Source of the DNA: Deltaproteobacteria bacterium
Lineage (GTDB): Bacteria > Desulfobacterota > DSM-4660 > Desulfatiglandales > B25-G16
DNA length: 64,000 nucleotides
NCBI GenBank assembly: GCA_020351915.1
Contig: CP070673.1
Coordinates: forward strand, 4,235,882-4,299,881
Reading direction: 5' to 3'
In this document: positions 1 to 9,647 of the stretch, one piece after another
How positions within the stretch are numbered: position 1 is the first letter of the stretch
Layout: every line of letters begins with the position of its first letter
The notes under the pieces: model-generated
What the model was told of the DNA's origin: nothing
What the model saw: the letters and a program-made list of their open reading frames with translations, nothing else
Database searches by the model: none
Program-made: the position numbers and the translations under genes

Positions 1-238
1 CCACGGGGGCTCCTACCATGGCTTTCGTTGCCGGATTTCCAGGTGCCAAGGTCTCTTGGAGTTTCTGTTTGATTGTTGAATTCCTAACCACAATCGCCTC
101 CCAGCACTGGGTGTTAGCCCAGGAAGGCGCCCACCTGATGGCCTCGAGGACTTCATTGAGTACATTTTCTGGGATCTCTCGTTCTTCATATCTCCTGATG
201 CTCCTTCTTCCTTTGATGATTTCCATAAAATCTGCCAT
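1..238 (-). CDS. Nitroreductase family protein, N-terminal part (gene runs off the window start)
   Basis: This ORF is not in the supplied track because it is open at the window edge. My reverse-complement translation from the ATG at 238 gives MADFMEIIKGRRSIRRYEEREIPENVLNEVLEAIRWAPSWANTQCWEAIVVRNSTIKQKLQETLAPGNPATKAMVGAPV. RRSIRRY and APSxxNxQxW are typical nitroreductase N-terminal motifs. A GGAGG (plus-strand cctcc, 245-249) lies 6 nt upstream of the ATG. Confidence 0.7.
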   Translation of the reverse strand, partial: MADFMEIIKGRRSIRRYEEREIPENVLNEVLEAIRWAPSWANTQCWEAIVVRNSTIKQKLQETLAPGNPATKAMVGAPV

Positions 239-437
239 GAATAACCTCCGCACAGTGTTTGTTGAGTTCAAATCCGCTAAGTGACAAATCACAATCCAAT
301 TTTGATAATGAATATGGTAGATTTTGTCTCTTTTTGTCAACCACTTTCATTTTTACGCAGTCTTCACATATTTGATTCGCTTATCCATTACTTAGTGCCT
401 TAATGTACAAATCTTCTTTTTACATTACGGTAGCCTC

Positions 438-1637
438 ATGGTATCCTTTAATAAAATAATAATGGAAAAAACCTTATTCAAGGAGGAGAATTTGGTGAAA
501 TTGAGGCTCTTTTTTTTGCTTGGTATTGTGCTGTTGTTTTTATCTAGCGCCTATGGCGAGGAATCTGAGGGTACGCGCTTCCCCTCCCTGATATCCTCTC
601 TCGATGTCCCCGCACAGCTTGATTTTTGTAAGGAAAGGGTACCGATTGAAATTCAGGGTATAAAAGAGCGGCTTGAAAAGGAGCTCCTTCTGAGCCTCTG
701 GGATCGACCTCAGGTGATTCTCTGGTTAAAGAGGGTCCCCCGCTATATGCCCCATATCGAAAGCATGCTCAAAGAAAACAATGTGCCCGACGATCTCAAA
801 TACATAGCTATTGCTGAAAGCGCCCTGAGGCCTCATGTGAGCTCAAAGAGGGCGGCAATGGGATTCTGGCAGTTCATGAAGGACACAGGCCGAAAATATG
901 GCCTCATTATCAACGAACACATTGATGAAAGACGAAACCTGTTTGCCTCTACTCGAGCCGCAATTCGGTATCTAAAGGACCTTCATGAAAAACTGGGATC
1001 ATGGACCCTGGCAGCTGCAGCGTACAACATGGGTGAACAGGGTCTGGAGGCAGAGATCCTGGAGCAAGGAACCGATAACTATTATCACCTTTATCTCCCC
1101 TTGGAAACCCAACGGTTTATCTTTCGGATTCTCTCCGTAAAGCTGATTGTATCCAACCCCGAACGATATGGCTTCTATTTGTCTGAACAAGATCTTTACC
1201 CACCTATGGAGTTTGACCAGATTCAGCTCACCTGTTCTCAGGATACTCCACTACGGATCATTGCTGAGGCAGCTAAGACCCATTTCAAGGCAATCAAGGA
1301 CTTGAATCCAGAAATTCGAGGCCATTACCTGGCTCAAGGAAGTCATACCCTTCTGATTCCAAAGGGTTCACCCAAAGATTTTCACAACCAGTACCATAAA
1401 CTCTTCCAGCAGTGGGTGGCATCGAAAAAGGAGGCAATCTATATTGTAAAAGCGGGAGACAATCTCTCGTTGATTGCAGATCGGTTTAACGTTCCCCTGG
1501 CATCCCTCCTCATTTGGAACAAGCTGGATCTCAGGGCCGCAATCTATCCTGGAGATCGGCTGATCATTTATAGGAAGGAATCAGAGTCCATGGAAGCTGA
1601 CAAAGGGATAGGGGGAGAGCGCGAAGATAGCCTATAA
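438..1637 (+). CDS. Membrane-bound lytic murein transglycosylase (MltD-like): SLT domain plus C-terminal LysM
   Basis: There is a signal or TM segment (LRLFFLLGIVLLFLSSAYG). SLT-type motifs are present (AIAESALRP, GFWQFM, AAAYNMG). The C-terminal LysM reads YIVKAGDNLSLIADRFNVPLASLLIWN. The start could instead be the internal ATG giving MEKTLF. Confidence 0.8.
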   Translation: MVSFNKIIMEKTLFKEENLVKLRLFFLLGIVLLFLSSAYGEESEGTRFPSLISSLDVPAQLDFCKERVPIEIQGIKERLEKELLLSLWDRPQVILWLKRVPRYMPHIESMLKENNVPDDLKYIAIAESALRPHVSSKRAAMGFWQFMKDTGRKYGLIINEHIDERRNLFASTRAAIRYLKDLHEKLGSWTLAAAAYNMGEQGLEAEILEQGTDNYYHLYLPLETQRFIFRILSVKLIVSNPERYGFYLSEQDLYPPMEFDQIQLTCSQDTPLRIIAEAAKTHFKAIKDLNPEIRGHYLAQGSHTLLIPKGSPKDFHNQYHKLFQQWVASKKEAIYIVKAGDNLSLIADRFNVPLASLLIWNKLDLRAAIYPGDRLIIYRKESESMEADKGIGGEREDSL

Positions 1638-1970
1638 TTTTTCTAAAGAAACCTCATTACCGAATTTCTCTACTAAGGCCTTGTTCAGTTTTTCATAGTC
1701 CTCTTCTGAGTCTACCTCTACAACCAGATCCTGCTCATCCAGCACCTTAAGGTATCCGTGGGATTTGACGATTCCAATTACCTGCTCTACCTCGGTAGTA
1801 ACCCACCCTTTCATCCTGAGGACGAGCTCTTCTCCGGTAAATGCCCGTTCAATGGTTAGGTCAACCTGCCTCTTCTTGGCCTTCCAACCTAAAACAGACG
1901 GTCGAACGATAATAGGGGTCACCGGATCATACATCGCAGCACAAGTAAACCACAGTTTCGCCCTGATCAT
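1632..1970 (-). CDS. Hypothetical protein (112 aa)
   Basis: This is an ORF only, with no motif I recognise. It has a 6-nt convergent overlap with the preceding gene. The start is ambiguous (M1 or M13). Confidence 0.35.
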   Translation of the reverse strand: MIRAKLWFTCAAMYDPVTPIIVRPSVLGWKAKKRQVDLTIERAFTGEELVLRMKGWVTTEVEQVIGIVKSHGYLKVLDEQDLVVEVDSEEDYEKLNKALVEKFGNEVSLEKL

Positions 1971-2265
1971 GTTCTTGCCCCTTGTTACAATTCTGGCCCA
2001 ATATATTCAGAACGCCCGAAACTGTCAAGCTGATTGGAAGAGGCCACCATTCCGAGTTTGTCAAACCCCTTTCTCGAGCCTGAAAACACAATGTTCATGA
2101 GCGGACAATAGGATTTTTTCTGATCCCAAAGCACTTATAAAATCCTTGACAACACCCGGGCCCCTTTCCTATTTTTACCCTGTCAGAAAGAAGGCCTTTC
2201 CGTATTGACGCTTCCTTTGAGGTCTCTGACAGGGTTCCTATAGTAAACCAACTGGAGATGAACCT

Positions 2266-2913
2266 ATGGAATTTGAAAAGGTAGTAACCGAGCGCCACAG
2301 CACGAGGGTATTTTTAGATAAGCCAGTTTCACGAGAAACGATCGAAAACGTGCTCTTTCTTTCCGCGAGGGCACCTTCTGCAATCAATCTTCAACCCTGG
2401 GAGTTTACCGTTGTTATGGGAGAAGAACGCCATCGTCTGAGCAGGGTTCTGGTAAAAAGCATGCGTGAAAGAAACATCTCCTGTGGGCCAGGTGCGGTAA
2501 GACCTCTGCCAGAGCATTTTATGGATCGCCAGAGAAAACTGATGGATTGCATCCTCCCTCACCTTGAGAAAGGGACCCCGTTTCAGGATTTCATAAATGA
2601 GGGCTCCTGCAATTTTTACGGTGCCCCTGTAGCCATAATAGCAACCATCGATCAGGCCTTTTCAAAGTCAAGATTGGTTGATGTAGGCATTGCCGTAGGC
2701 TACATGGTGCTCGCAGCCCATAATATGGGTTTAGGAACCTGTCCGATCGGACTCATAAGCGCCTTTGACGAGGAAATCAGAGAGATGTTAAATATCTCGG
2801 AGGAAAAGGATGTTGTTATGGGTGTAGGCGTTGGATATCCCGATGCAGATTCCCCAATTAACCTGGCAAGCTCCGATCGCGCACCCCTGCAAGAAGTAGT
2901 GAGGTTCTATTGA
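2266..2913 (+). CDS. Nitroreductase family protein
   Basis: The N-terminal signature is ERHSTRVF ... APSAINLQPWEFTVV. The length of 215 aa is typical of the family. Confidence 0.85.
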   Translation: MEFEKVVTERHSTRVFLDKPVSRETIENVLFLSARAPSAINLQPWEFTVVMGEERHRLSRVLVKSMRERNISCGPGAVRPLPEHFMDRQRKLMDCILPHLEKGTPFQDFINEGSCNFYGAPVAIIATIDQAFSKSRLVDVGIAVGYMVLAAHNMGLGTCPIGLISAFDEEIREMLNISEEKDVVMGVGVGYPDADSPINLASSDRAPLQEVVRFY

Positions 2914-3797
2914 TTGAGAAGCGCCTTAATGTTGCTCTTCAGTTTCTCCAGTCCTGCCCTTTCAAATGCAGTCTTTCCAAAGACTCTTTTGAAATCTGGC
3001 GCCTTCATTCTCATAATGGTGTCTGCAGGTGGCATTGAGACAGTGGGAGCATCTTCCTTGTTGAAAGGGCAAACCTCCTGACACACATCACAGCCAAAAA
3101 AGGTATTCCCCATTTTTTTTGCCCTCTCTTTATTAATATCATGCCTCGCCTCAATAGTCAGGTAGGAGAGACACTGGGAAACGTCAATACAAAACGGGGC
3201 CTTCAGGGCCCCAGTAGGGCAGGTATCAATACATCTGGCGCATGAACCGCACCGGTTTTCTATCTCCCTAGCAAAGGGGATAGAAAATTGGGCTGTGGTT
3301 AAGATCTCAATGAGAAAACAGTATGATCCGTAACCTGGAACAATGAGCATATTGTTTTTGCCAAAAAAACCGATTCCACTGGTTACTGCAAAGCTCCGTT
3401 CAAGAATAGGGGCTGAATCAACACATACCCTGCTGTTGCTTTCAGGAAAAATCTCTTTAATAAAGGTGCGCAGTTGGCTTCCCAATCTCCTCAGTCGGAC
3501 ATGGTAATCCTCTTGTTCAGGCGTGCTGTATCTCGAGGCATTGTATCCGTCAGAGGTCGATGGCTTGCTTGCAGGATATGGATATGCAAGACAGACTATG
3601 GTCTGTAACCCATCAAGGAGTCTCCTCGGGTCTTTCCGCAGACCTGTATTCCTCTTGAGATACATCATATCTCCTATTTCAGCATGTTCAAGCCAGCGAA
3701 GGAAATAGTCAAAGTGAGCGGGTGTCTGTGGTTTAGAAAAACCTGCAGCAATAAAGCCAAGTTCTTTGGCCCTGTCTGTGAATGCCTGGTTACTCAT
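2907..3797 (-). CDS. queG: tRNA epoxyqueuosine(34) reductase
   Basis: The N-terminus is GFIAAGFS ... MYLKRNTGLRKDPRRLL. Two ferredoxin-type Cys motifs are present (CGSCARCIDTCPTGAL and CDVCQEVCPFN), which is the QueG arrangement. At 296 aa it is at the short end for QueG. Confidence 0.8.
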   Translation of the reverse strand: MSNQAFTDRAKELGFIAAGFSKPQTPAHFDYFLRWLEHAEIGDMMYLKRNTGLRKDPRRLLDGLQTIVCLAYPYPASKPSTSDGYNASRYSTPEQEDYHVRLRRLGSQLRTFIKEIFPESNSRVCVDSAPILERSFAVTSGIGFFGKNNMLIVPGYGSYCFLIEILTTAQFSIPFAREIENRCGSCARCIDTCPTGALKAPFCIDVSQCLSYLTIEARHDINKERAKKMGNTFFGCDVCQEVCPFNKEDAPTVSMPPADTIMRMKAPDFKRVFGKTAFERAGLEKLKSNIKALLNQ

Positions 3798-4024
3798 GGC
3801 AACCTATTCTTTAAGTGTCCAAAATGAAAAAGTGTCTAAATCTTATAAGGCTAAATGGATTATTCACAATACTATCCCTAACTTTAGGCACTTATAACCC
3901 TGGCCCAGACCTGGTTTATAATCTTATTGGTTTGGTTCTATGGTTCAGAGTTGGCCTGTTTTGTTCACAGGCTCACTTAATCCCATCGCACCAGGGCGGG
4001 CTTTAGCTCACTTTAGGCACTTCC

Positions 4025-4174
4025 TTAGTCCAGCCTCTCAAGGAAATCCTTTACCCACGGCGGATTATATATTATGACATAGGCAACAAAAAAGGAGGTC
4101 AGGGGCAAAAAGAAAATACCCAGGTCGACTAAAACAACACCTAATGCTAATAAAAGACGTTTTTGTAGACTCAT
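4025..4174 (-). CDS. Candidate small membrane protein (49 aa)
   Basis: This ORF falls below the track cutoff. My translation is MSLQKRLLLALGVVLVDLGIFFLPLTSFFVAYVIIYNPPWVKDFLERLD, which has two hydrophobic stretches. It has no convincing Shine-Dalgarno sequence. Confidence 0.2.
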   Translation of the reverse strand: MSLQKRLLLALGVVLVDLGIFFLPLTSFFVAYVIIYNPPWVKDFLERLD

Positions 4175-4281
4175 GGTATGTGTTTACCATAACTTGTATC
4201 TTCGATCAAATTGGGTGAAAAATGTATTGAAATAGGCGAATCAACTTGACTAATGAAAATTGTCTTTGATAGGAATTACGC

Positions 4282-4866
4282 ATGAACATTCTTGATCTGA
4301 TTATCGTTGGGGTGATAGCTTTTTTTGTCATTAGGGGTATTTTCAGGGGCTTTTTCAGGGAGATATCTTCCCTGGCTGGTATCATTTTCGGATTTCTTAT
4401 TGGCAATCATTACCATCCACAAATGGCCACGCTTATTAGGCCGTACATCCCTTTAGAGAAATCTCTTTCCCTTATCGGCTTTATCATTCTATTCTTTTTA
4501 GTGTTTTTTTTCTTTAGTCTGCTTGGAATCCTCTTGCATCACCTCTTTAAAAGGCTCTTTATTGGTTGGTTCGATAGAAGCCTTGGCGTTAGTCTTGCCC
4601 TAGTTAAGGGGATTATTGTCTCTTATCTTCTCATCGTGCTCCTCACCTTTTTCATGCCCTCCAAGAGCCCCCTCATTGCCCACTCCAAGTCAGCCCGTTT
4701 GGTCATTGTCTCCTATCAATCTATGTCTAGGCTTATATCACCAGATCTTTACCAGACGTGGAAGAAGAAGATATCTAAAGAGTCGAAAAAGGTGGGTAAG
4801 GCCATCTCTGAGAGCAAGGAGGCAGTTAAGAAACTCCCGGAAATTCTTCCTGAAAAAGAGAAATAG
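4282..4866 (+). CDS. cvpA: CvpA family membrane protein
   Basis: The N-terminus MNILDLIIVGVIAFFVIRGIFRGFFREISSLAGIIFGFLIG is characteristic of CvpA. The protein has multiple TM segments and a Lys/Glu-rich tail. Confidence 0.75.
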   Translation: MNILDLIIVGVIAFFVIRGIFRGFFREISSLAGIIFGFLIGNHYHPQMATLIRPYIPLEKSLSLIGFIILFFLVFFFFSLLGILLHHLFKRLFIGWFDRSLGVSLALVKGIIVSYLLIVLLTFFMPSKSPLIAHSKSARLVIVSYQSMSRLISPDLYQTWKKKISKESKKVGKAISESKEAVKKLPEILPEKEK

Positions 4867-5054
4867 GATAGGTCCCGGTGCTGGTAGCTGGCTACCCGTT
4901 TGGCGAGTGGACGAGTAGTTGATTCGGCCTGACTCAGCAACCAAATTAATGATAGTACGGAAGCAGGTCGTCACGCTGCAGCTAAGTGCATACTGCTTAC
5001 TGCCTCCTTCTTTGCTTATTGGTAGCCGCTTTTGCTTTAGTGAGTTAATGACCC

Positions 5055-6014
5055 ATGACAAACGCTAGTAGTGACTCCGTCATTATTACCGATGTTACCC
5101 TAAGAGAGTATGGCCAGAATATCTCATTGAACTACCTGCATATCTTTACCCCCGAGATTAGGGTAGAAATAGCTTTGAGTCTTATTGATGCAGGTTTCAC
5201 CAATATTGAAATCCTTTCATGTATTAATCCACAGGTAGCCCCGGCCATGAACAAAAAGGTAATAAGAAAGATCGCAAAAGATCTTGGCAGGGTCAATGGC
5301 GTAAATCTAATTACTCTCGTTCCCAATGAAGTCGGGTACAAAAGCTTTCTCTCAACCGGCCTTGGCCTTGAAGGCTACAACCATACCATGGGTCTATTCT
5401 TTTCCGCTGTTGAAGCTCACAATCTGGCCAACTTAGGCAGGCCCATAAAGGAAACAATCGAGGAATATGAAATAATTCTAAGAGATGCTTCTTCTCGAGG
5501 GGTAAGGGTTATTGGTTACATCTCAGCTGCATTCGGATATACTGACCCGGGAAACGGGGCTCTCTATAAACCAGATATCGATGAAATAAACGCATATATA
5601 GACCTCCTCATTGACCGTGGCGTTGATGCAGTGACCCTCTCGGACCTCCAGGGAATAGCAAATGAGAAACAAACAAGGCAGCTTTTGGAAACTATCCTCG
5701 ATAAAAGAAAAGGAAAAAATATAGATATGTTAGGATACCACCCTCACAATGTGGCTGGGGAACAGGCAATTGCTAACAGCAAGATAGTCTATGATTTAGG
5801 CATCAGACGATTCGACTCATCCCTTGGCGGAACCGGCGGTTGTATTACCGGTGCCCCTGGCAATCAACCAACCGAGAAACTCGTTCTCTCTTTTCATTCA
5901 TTGGGAATCAAGACTGGACTTGATGAAAAAAAGGTCTTCTCCTTGGCTCAAAAGGTGCAGAGGGAATTATACAGCAAGATTCCTCTCGTAAAGGATAAAG
6001 GAGGAAAAACGTAA
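5055..6014 (+). CDS. HMGL-like (pyruvate carboxyltransferase / HMG-CoA lyase fold) protein, divergent
   Basis: The TIM-barrel HMGL layout is present: ITDVTLREYGQN at the N-terminus, GYHPHN (the HxH metal site) and SLGGTGGCITGAPGNQPTE (the GLGGCP-like loop). The canonical RDGxQ is replaced by REYGQ. Confidence 0.65.
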   Translation: MTNASSDSVIITDVTLREYGQNISLNYLHIFTPEIRVEIALSLIDAGFTNIEILSCINPQVAPAMNKKVIRKIAKDLGRVNGVNLITLVPNEVGYKSFLSTGLGLEGYNHTMGLFFSAVEAHNLANLGRPIKETIEEYEIILRDASSRGVRVIGYISAAFGYTDPGNGALYKPDIDEINAYIDLLIDRGVDAVTLSDLQGIANEKQTRQLLETILDKRKGKNIDMLGYHPHNVAGEQAIANSKIVYDLGIRRFDSSLGGTGGCITGAPGNQPTEKLVLSFHSLGIKTGLDEKKVFSLAQKVQRELYSKIPLVKDKGGKT

Positions 6015-6129
6015 CCTTTTTCCTTTCGCCATTTCATCTCCATCCTATCCCCGCATTTCCGTATACCGGAGATATTCCTGGATCGTCTGGTGAATACCCA
6101 GGCGGAAGAAAAATTTCGTAGCCCTTTAT

Positions 6130-6552
6130 CTACATAAGATACATTGTATCTGCCCTGTCCTCCTGTTTTAGAAATTCAATTTGTTCATCTATTGTCGAAA
6201 ACCTGGAAAGGTCTAATTCCTCAAACTCATCAGGGCTAGTATTCGTTTTTCTCATAACATTTTGAACAATATCCTCTAATTGTTCTTTTGAGATATCAGG
6301 AACTCTGGTGATGGAGGTCTTCTGTGGGACACCACCTATTATCTTGAAATTATAACTTACCATTTCCAGCATTCCATTGGTCTTTTCTTTTGCTAATATC
6401 CGATATTCAAAATGCTCACGACGCCCGGCGATAGGACGAAAATAATAGAATTTGTACAATCGCTCACCCCGCCGTATTCGTATCAAATATTGATCATGCT
6501 CGGGGTGTGGCTTTTTAGAGTTCACACTTTTAAATCGTTTTTTCATATCCAA
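6130..6552 (-). CDS. Hypothetical protein (140 aa)
   Basis: This is an ORF only, in an AT-richer spacer between the two HMGL-like genes. It has no recognisable motif. Confidence 0.35.
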   Translation of the reverse strand: MDMKKRFKSVNSKKPHPEHDQYLIRIRRGERLYKFYYFRPIAGRREHFEYRILAKEKTNGMLEMVSYNFKIIGGVPQKTSITRVPDISKEQLEDIVQNVMRKTNTSPDEFEELDLSRFSTIDEQIEFLKQEDRADTMYLM

Positions 6553-6711
6553 TACCCTGTATGAATTCAGGAATATCTTGTAAAGTAAATATCTTTAAGG
6601 AGGGCCCACAAGTTGCTTCAGAGCCTACGTCCCGGTTTTTACGGTTTTTAGAATGAAAACCAAGCCCAGAGATCTTGATGCTAATATCCTTAATTAGAGA
6701 TGGTCACGCTC

Positions 6712-7887
6712 TCATTTCCTCACCAACACCTCCCTCGGCACTTCTGCCTTTTCCGGCCATCCATCAGGGATGAGCTGACCGGGTTTCTCCCCTTGCTTCT
6801 TTTTGTCTGAATGCAGCTTGGGCCGCTTGAACTCCTCTCGGGGTTCCTTGGGGATTCTGCCATTGAGGATAGACTCTGAGCGCAGGCGTCTTCCGATGGT
6901 CTTCTCCATCAAGGTGCCGAGCTCTAAAATCCGGTCAATATCGATACCGCCGATATCAATGCCCATCTCATCGAGCATGACACAGAGATCCTCAAAGGTC
7001 ACCAGGCCCACCACATTGGGGTCTTTATAATAGTAGGCACCGGTACCAGGCACCGGGGTCCTGTCCAGGAAGTTGGTGGGCTGTCCGCCAATACCTCCCA
7101 GGCAGCCCTCAAAGATCTCGACACCTGCCTGAAGAGCAGCCAGCACATTGGCCAGCCCCCATCCCCGGGATACATGGAAGTGGGCAACGTGAAGATCAGG
7201 GTTGGGAATCTCATCTAAGAGCATGGAATAGTAGCGGTAGACCTGATCAGGGGGCGCAGAGCCGTCGTGGTCGGCGTGCTCGATATCATCGGCACCAATA
7301 GAGAGCCAGCGCTTGGTAAACTCAATGGCATCTTCTAACTTGGTCGGTCCTGAGATAGGGCTTCCCCAGATGGTACTCACCGTACCACACATCTTAATAC
7401 CAGCATCCTTGCACTTCTTAATACACCGCTCTGCCTCCTTCCAGTAGCTGGGAAGGGTAGTGCCTGAGTTGGCAAAGTGATGTTCTTCATCGGTTGAGAC
7501 CATCATAAGGACCCGATCGGGGCCGTAGCCTTTCTCCCTGAGCTGGATGGCGCGGTCTACCCCGGGCTCTCTGATGGTGACCGCGGTCCACTCGATGTCC
7601 TCTTTGGGAAGGTTCCGTTTGGCAAGTCGCTTCTCAAAGATCTCGTCTCTGATTCCCTTGAGCACTGCTTCGGCGTCTTTGAACTGGGGCATGACCCGGG
7701 GGTTTCCCAGGTTACAGACCTCCATTCTTTTCACACCGGCAAAGGCGAGCTCCTGGAGATAATAGATCTTTGCCTCGGTGGGAATCCACGCCTCCTCGTG
7801 CTGGATGCCATCGCGGATGGTGATATCGGCGAGTTTGACCTTTTTGGGCATCCTTTTATTGAGTTCAAAAATATCATATTCGCTCAT
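6712..7887 (-). CDS. HMG-CoA lyase-like (HMGL family) protein
   Basis: ADITIRDGIQHEE resembles the PRDGLQNE motif of HMG-CoA lyase. HVAHFHVSRGWGLAN carries the HxH site, and CLGGIGGQP matches the GLGGCP-type loop. It is the last gene of a three-gene minus-strand run with 6-14 nt spacers. Confidence 0.75.
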   Translation of the reverse strand: MSEYDIFELNKRMPKKVKLADITIRDGIQHEEAWIPTEAKIYYLQELAFAGVKRMEVCNLGNPRVMPQFKDAEAVLKGIRDEIFEKRLAKRNLPKEDIEWTAVTIREPGVDRAIQLREKGYGPDRVLMMVSTDEEHHFANSGTTLPSYWKEAERCIKKCKDAGIKMCGTVSTIWGSPISGPTKLEDAIEFTKRWLSIGADDIEHADHDGSAPPDQVYRYYSMLLDEIPNPDLHVAHFHVSRGWGLANVLAALQAGVEIFEGCLGGIGGQPTNFLDRTPVPGTGAYYYKDPNVVGLVTFEDLCVMLDEMGIDIGGIDIDRILELGTLMEKTIGRRLRSESILNGRIPKEPREEFKRPKLHSDKKKQGEKPGQLIPDGWPEKAEVPREVLVRK

Positions 7888-7901
7888 TTTATTCCTCCTT
7901 T

Positions 7902-9641
7902 CTATCCCCTGATGGATCGGGGGAGGAGCATCTGGTGGTGGGGGCAGATGCTTTGTGGGTTTTGGTAACAGCTTCTCGCAAAGGCAACAAAATAATCCCT
8001 GAGCCCTGTCATCGGCGCAATCTCATCCACCAAACCGGTCTTTGCGCAATAGATTGGCCTTGACTCATCATGGTACTGTTGCGCCAGTGCGTTCATCTTA
8101 TCAATCACTGGCTCAAGAGGGTTGCCTGCATCCTTTTCCTTAACTAGTCTCCTTGCAAAGGCAGCAACTGCGGCAGTTTCTCCGTGCATAACATAGATTT
8201 CGGTGGTAGGCACACCCAAGGTAAAGGCATTGTTTCTGTTTGCCTGAGGTCCTCCCATGATGTAGTGGGCCGCAGCCGTACCTTTTCGCAATACCACGCA
8301 CATCATAGGAACCTCTGAACTCTCGATAGAGTAAATGAGCGACTGTCCTAAGCCGAGGAGCTCTGCCTTCTCAGCGATATCCCCCACATCAATACCTGAG
8401 GTATCTTGAAACCAGATCATGGGTATCCTGTCCCTACCGCAGAACATAACCAACTCATTCATCTTTATGAGGCCTTCCCGGTAAAGCTTACCCCCGATAC
8501 CCAGATATTGATTCTCAGCATATTGAGGATAACCCGTGCCCAAAAATCCTTGCCGATTCGCGATAACTCCAATCGGGAAACCGTCTATCTTGGCCAATCC
8601 ACAGTAGACTTCAGGGCCATAGTCCGGTCTGTATTCCATATGCTCGCTTCCATCAAACACCCGTGCCAGCACCTGTTCAATGCTATAGGTCCTTTTTTGA
8701 TTAAAGGGCACAATGTAGTTAAGATCATCTGCAGGATAAATCGGGTCAGCAGGTTCTGCTACCCTGTAACTTGAGGGATCATAAAGGGGCATGCCTGCCA
8801 TACATTCCTTTAAAGCACCAAGAACACCTTCCTCGGTGTCGAATGTCTCCCTCATAAAGCCGGTTTCATCGTAGTGAATCCCCGCACCTCCAGGGGGCAC
8901 CTGCTTGAATCTTTTGGTTGCCTCTATGATCGTCTCTGCACCCTCCAGATCAAATCCTCCCTTGGGAGACATACCACTCACAATACCTCCTCCCCCTACA
9001 GCCATATTTGACTTCTCATGGGCGAAGATGATTGCCGGGCTGATTGCATGGTATCCACCACCGGCTGGATTGGTGCCGTACATACCAACAATTACTGGTA
9101 TTCCCTTTTGGATTAGCTCGCTGTGCCTAAAAAATGTTCTTCCGCCAGACCTCCTGCCAGCGTACACCTTTTCCTGTTCCGTGAGCTTTACGCCACTGCA
9201 GTTAAGCACCCAGACAAGGGGAATACGCAATCGTTCTGCAATATCCTGGGCCCGAAACACATGCTCGCGCTGCCCTGGGATCCAGGCCCCAGCCAGAACC
9301 TTATTGTCTGAGGCAATAATTGAGGCGTATCTCCCTGATATCTTTCCCAGGCCGGTAATAACCCCGGTTGTTCCTTCCTGATTGAACTCGGGATCATACA
9401 GGCTATTTAATGGTAAAAAGGTGCCAGGATCTACTAAGAGCTCAATCCTTTCCCAGCCTGTCTTTTCTCCACGCTTGTGGACCCTTTCGATCGGGATACC
9501 TGTCTCTTTTCTTTTCTCTATGGCCTGAGCTACCTCCTTCTGAACCGTTGCAATCTCAACAGCATTGGTTGCTCCCTGTTCTCTCTCCCTTTCGCCAAGC
9601 TCTCTCCCTATGGGAGTCATTTTTTCAAAATAATGTCTCAT
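7902..9641 (-). CDS. Acyl-CoA carboxyltransferase, GcdA-type (glutaconyl-CoA decarboxylase alpha-like)
   Basis: At 579 aa the protein matches the GcdA size class. LNCSGVKLTEQEKVYAGRRSGG, GTNPAGGGYH, IGGKLYREGLIKMNE, DTSGIDVGDIAEKAELLGLGQSLIY and the C-terminal YQNPQSICPHHQMLLPRS match my memory of Acidaminococcus GcdA-family sequences. Confidence 0.8.
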   Translation of the reverse strand: MRHYFEKMTPIGRELGEREREQGATNAVEIATVQKEVAQAIEKRKETGIPIERVHKRGEKTGWERIELLVDPGTFLPLNSLYDPEFNQEGTTGVITGLGKISGRYASIIASDNKVLAGAWIPGQREHVFRAQDIAERLRIPLVWVLNCSGVKLTEQEKVYAGRRSGGRTFFRHSELIQKGIPVIVGMYGTNPAGGGYHAISPAIIFAHEKSNMAVGGGGIVSGMSPKGGFDLEGAETIIEATKRFKQVPPGGAGIHYDETGFMRETFDTEEGVLGALKECMAGMPLYDPSSYRVAEPADPIYPADDLNYIVPFNQKRTYSIEQVLARVFDGSEHMEYRPDYGPEVYCGLAKIDGFPIGVIANRQGFLGTGYPQYAENQYLGIGGKLYREGLIKMNELVMFCGRDRIPMIWFQDTSGIDVGDIAEKAELLGLGQSLIYSIESSEVPMMCVVLRKGTAAAHYIMGGPQANRNNAFTLGVPTTEIYVMHGETAAVAAFARRLVKEKDAGNPLEPVIDKMNALAQQYHDESRPIYCAKTGLVDEIAPMTGLRDYFVAFARSCYQNPQSICPHHQMLLPRSIRG

Positions 9642-9647
9642 CCTTGC

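Noticed and set aside
18-284. 88-aa plus-strand ORF at the window start
   Set aside because: It is antisense to a much more convincing nitroreductase N-terminus on the minus strand (1-238), which has a GGAGG ribosome-binding site.
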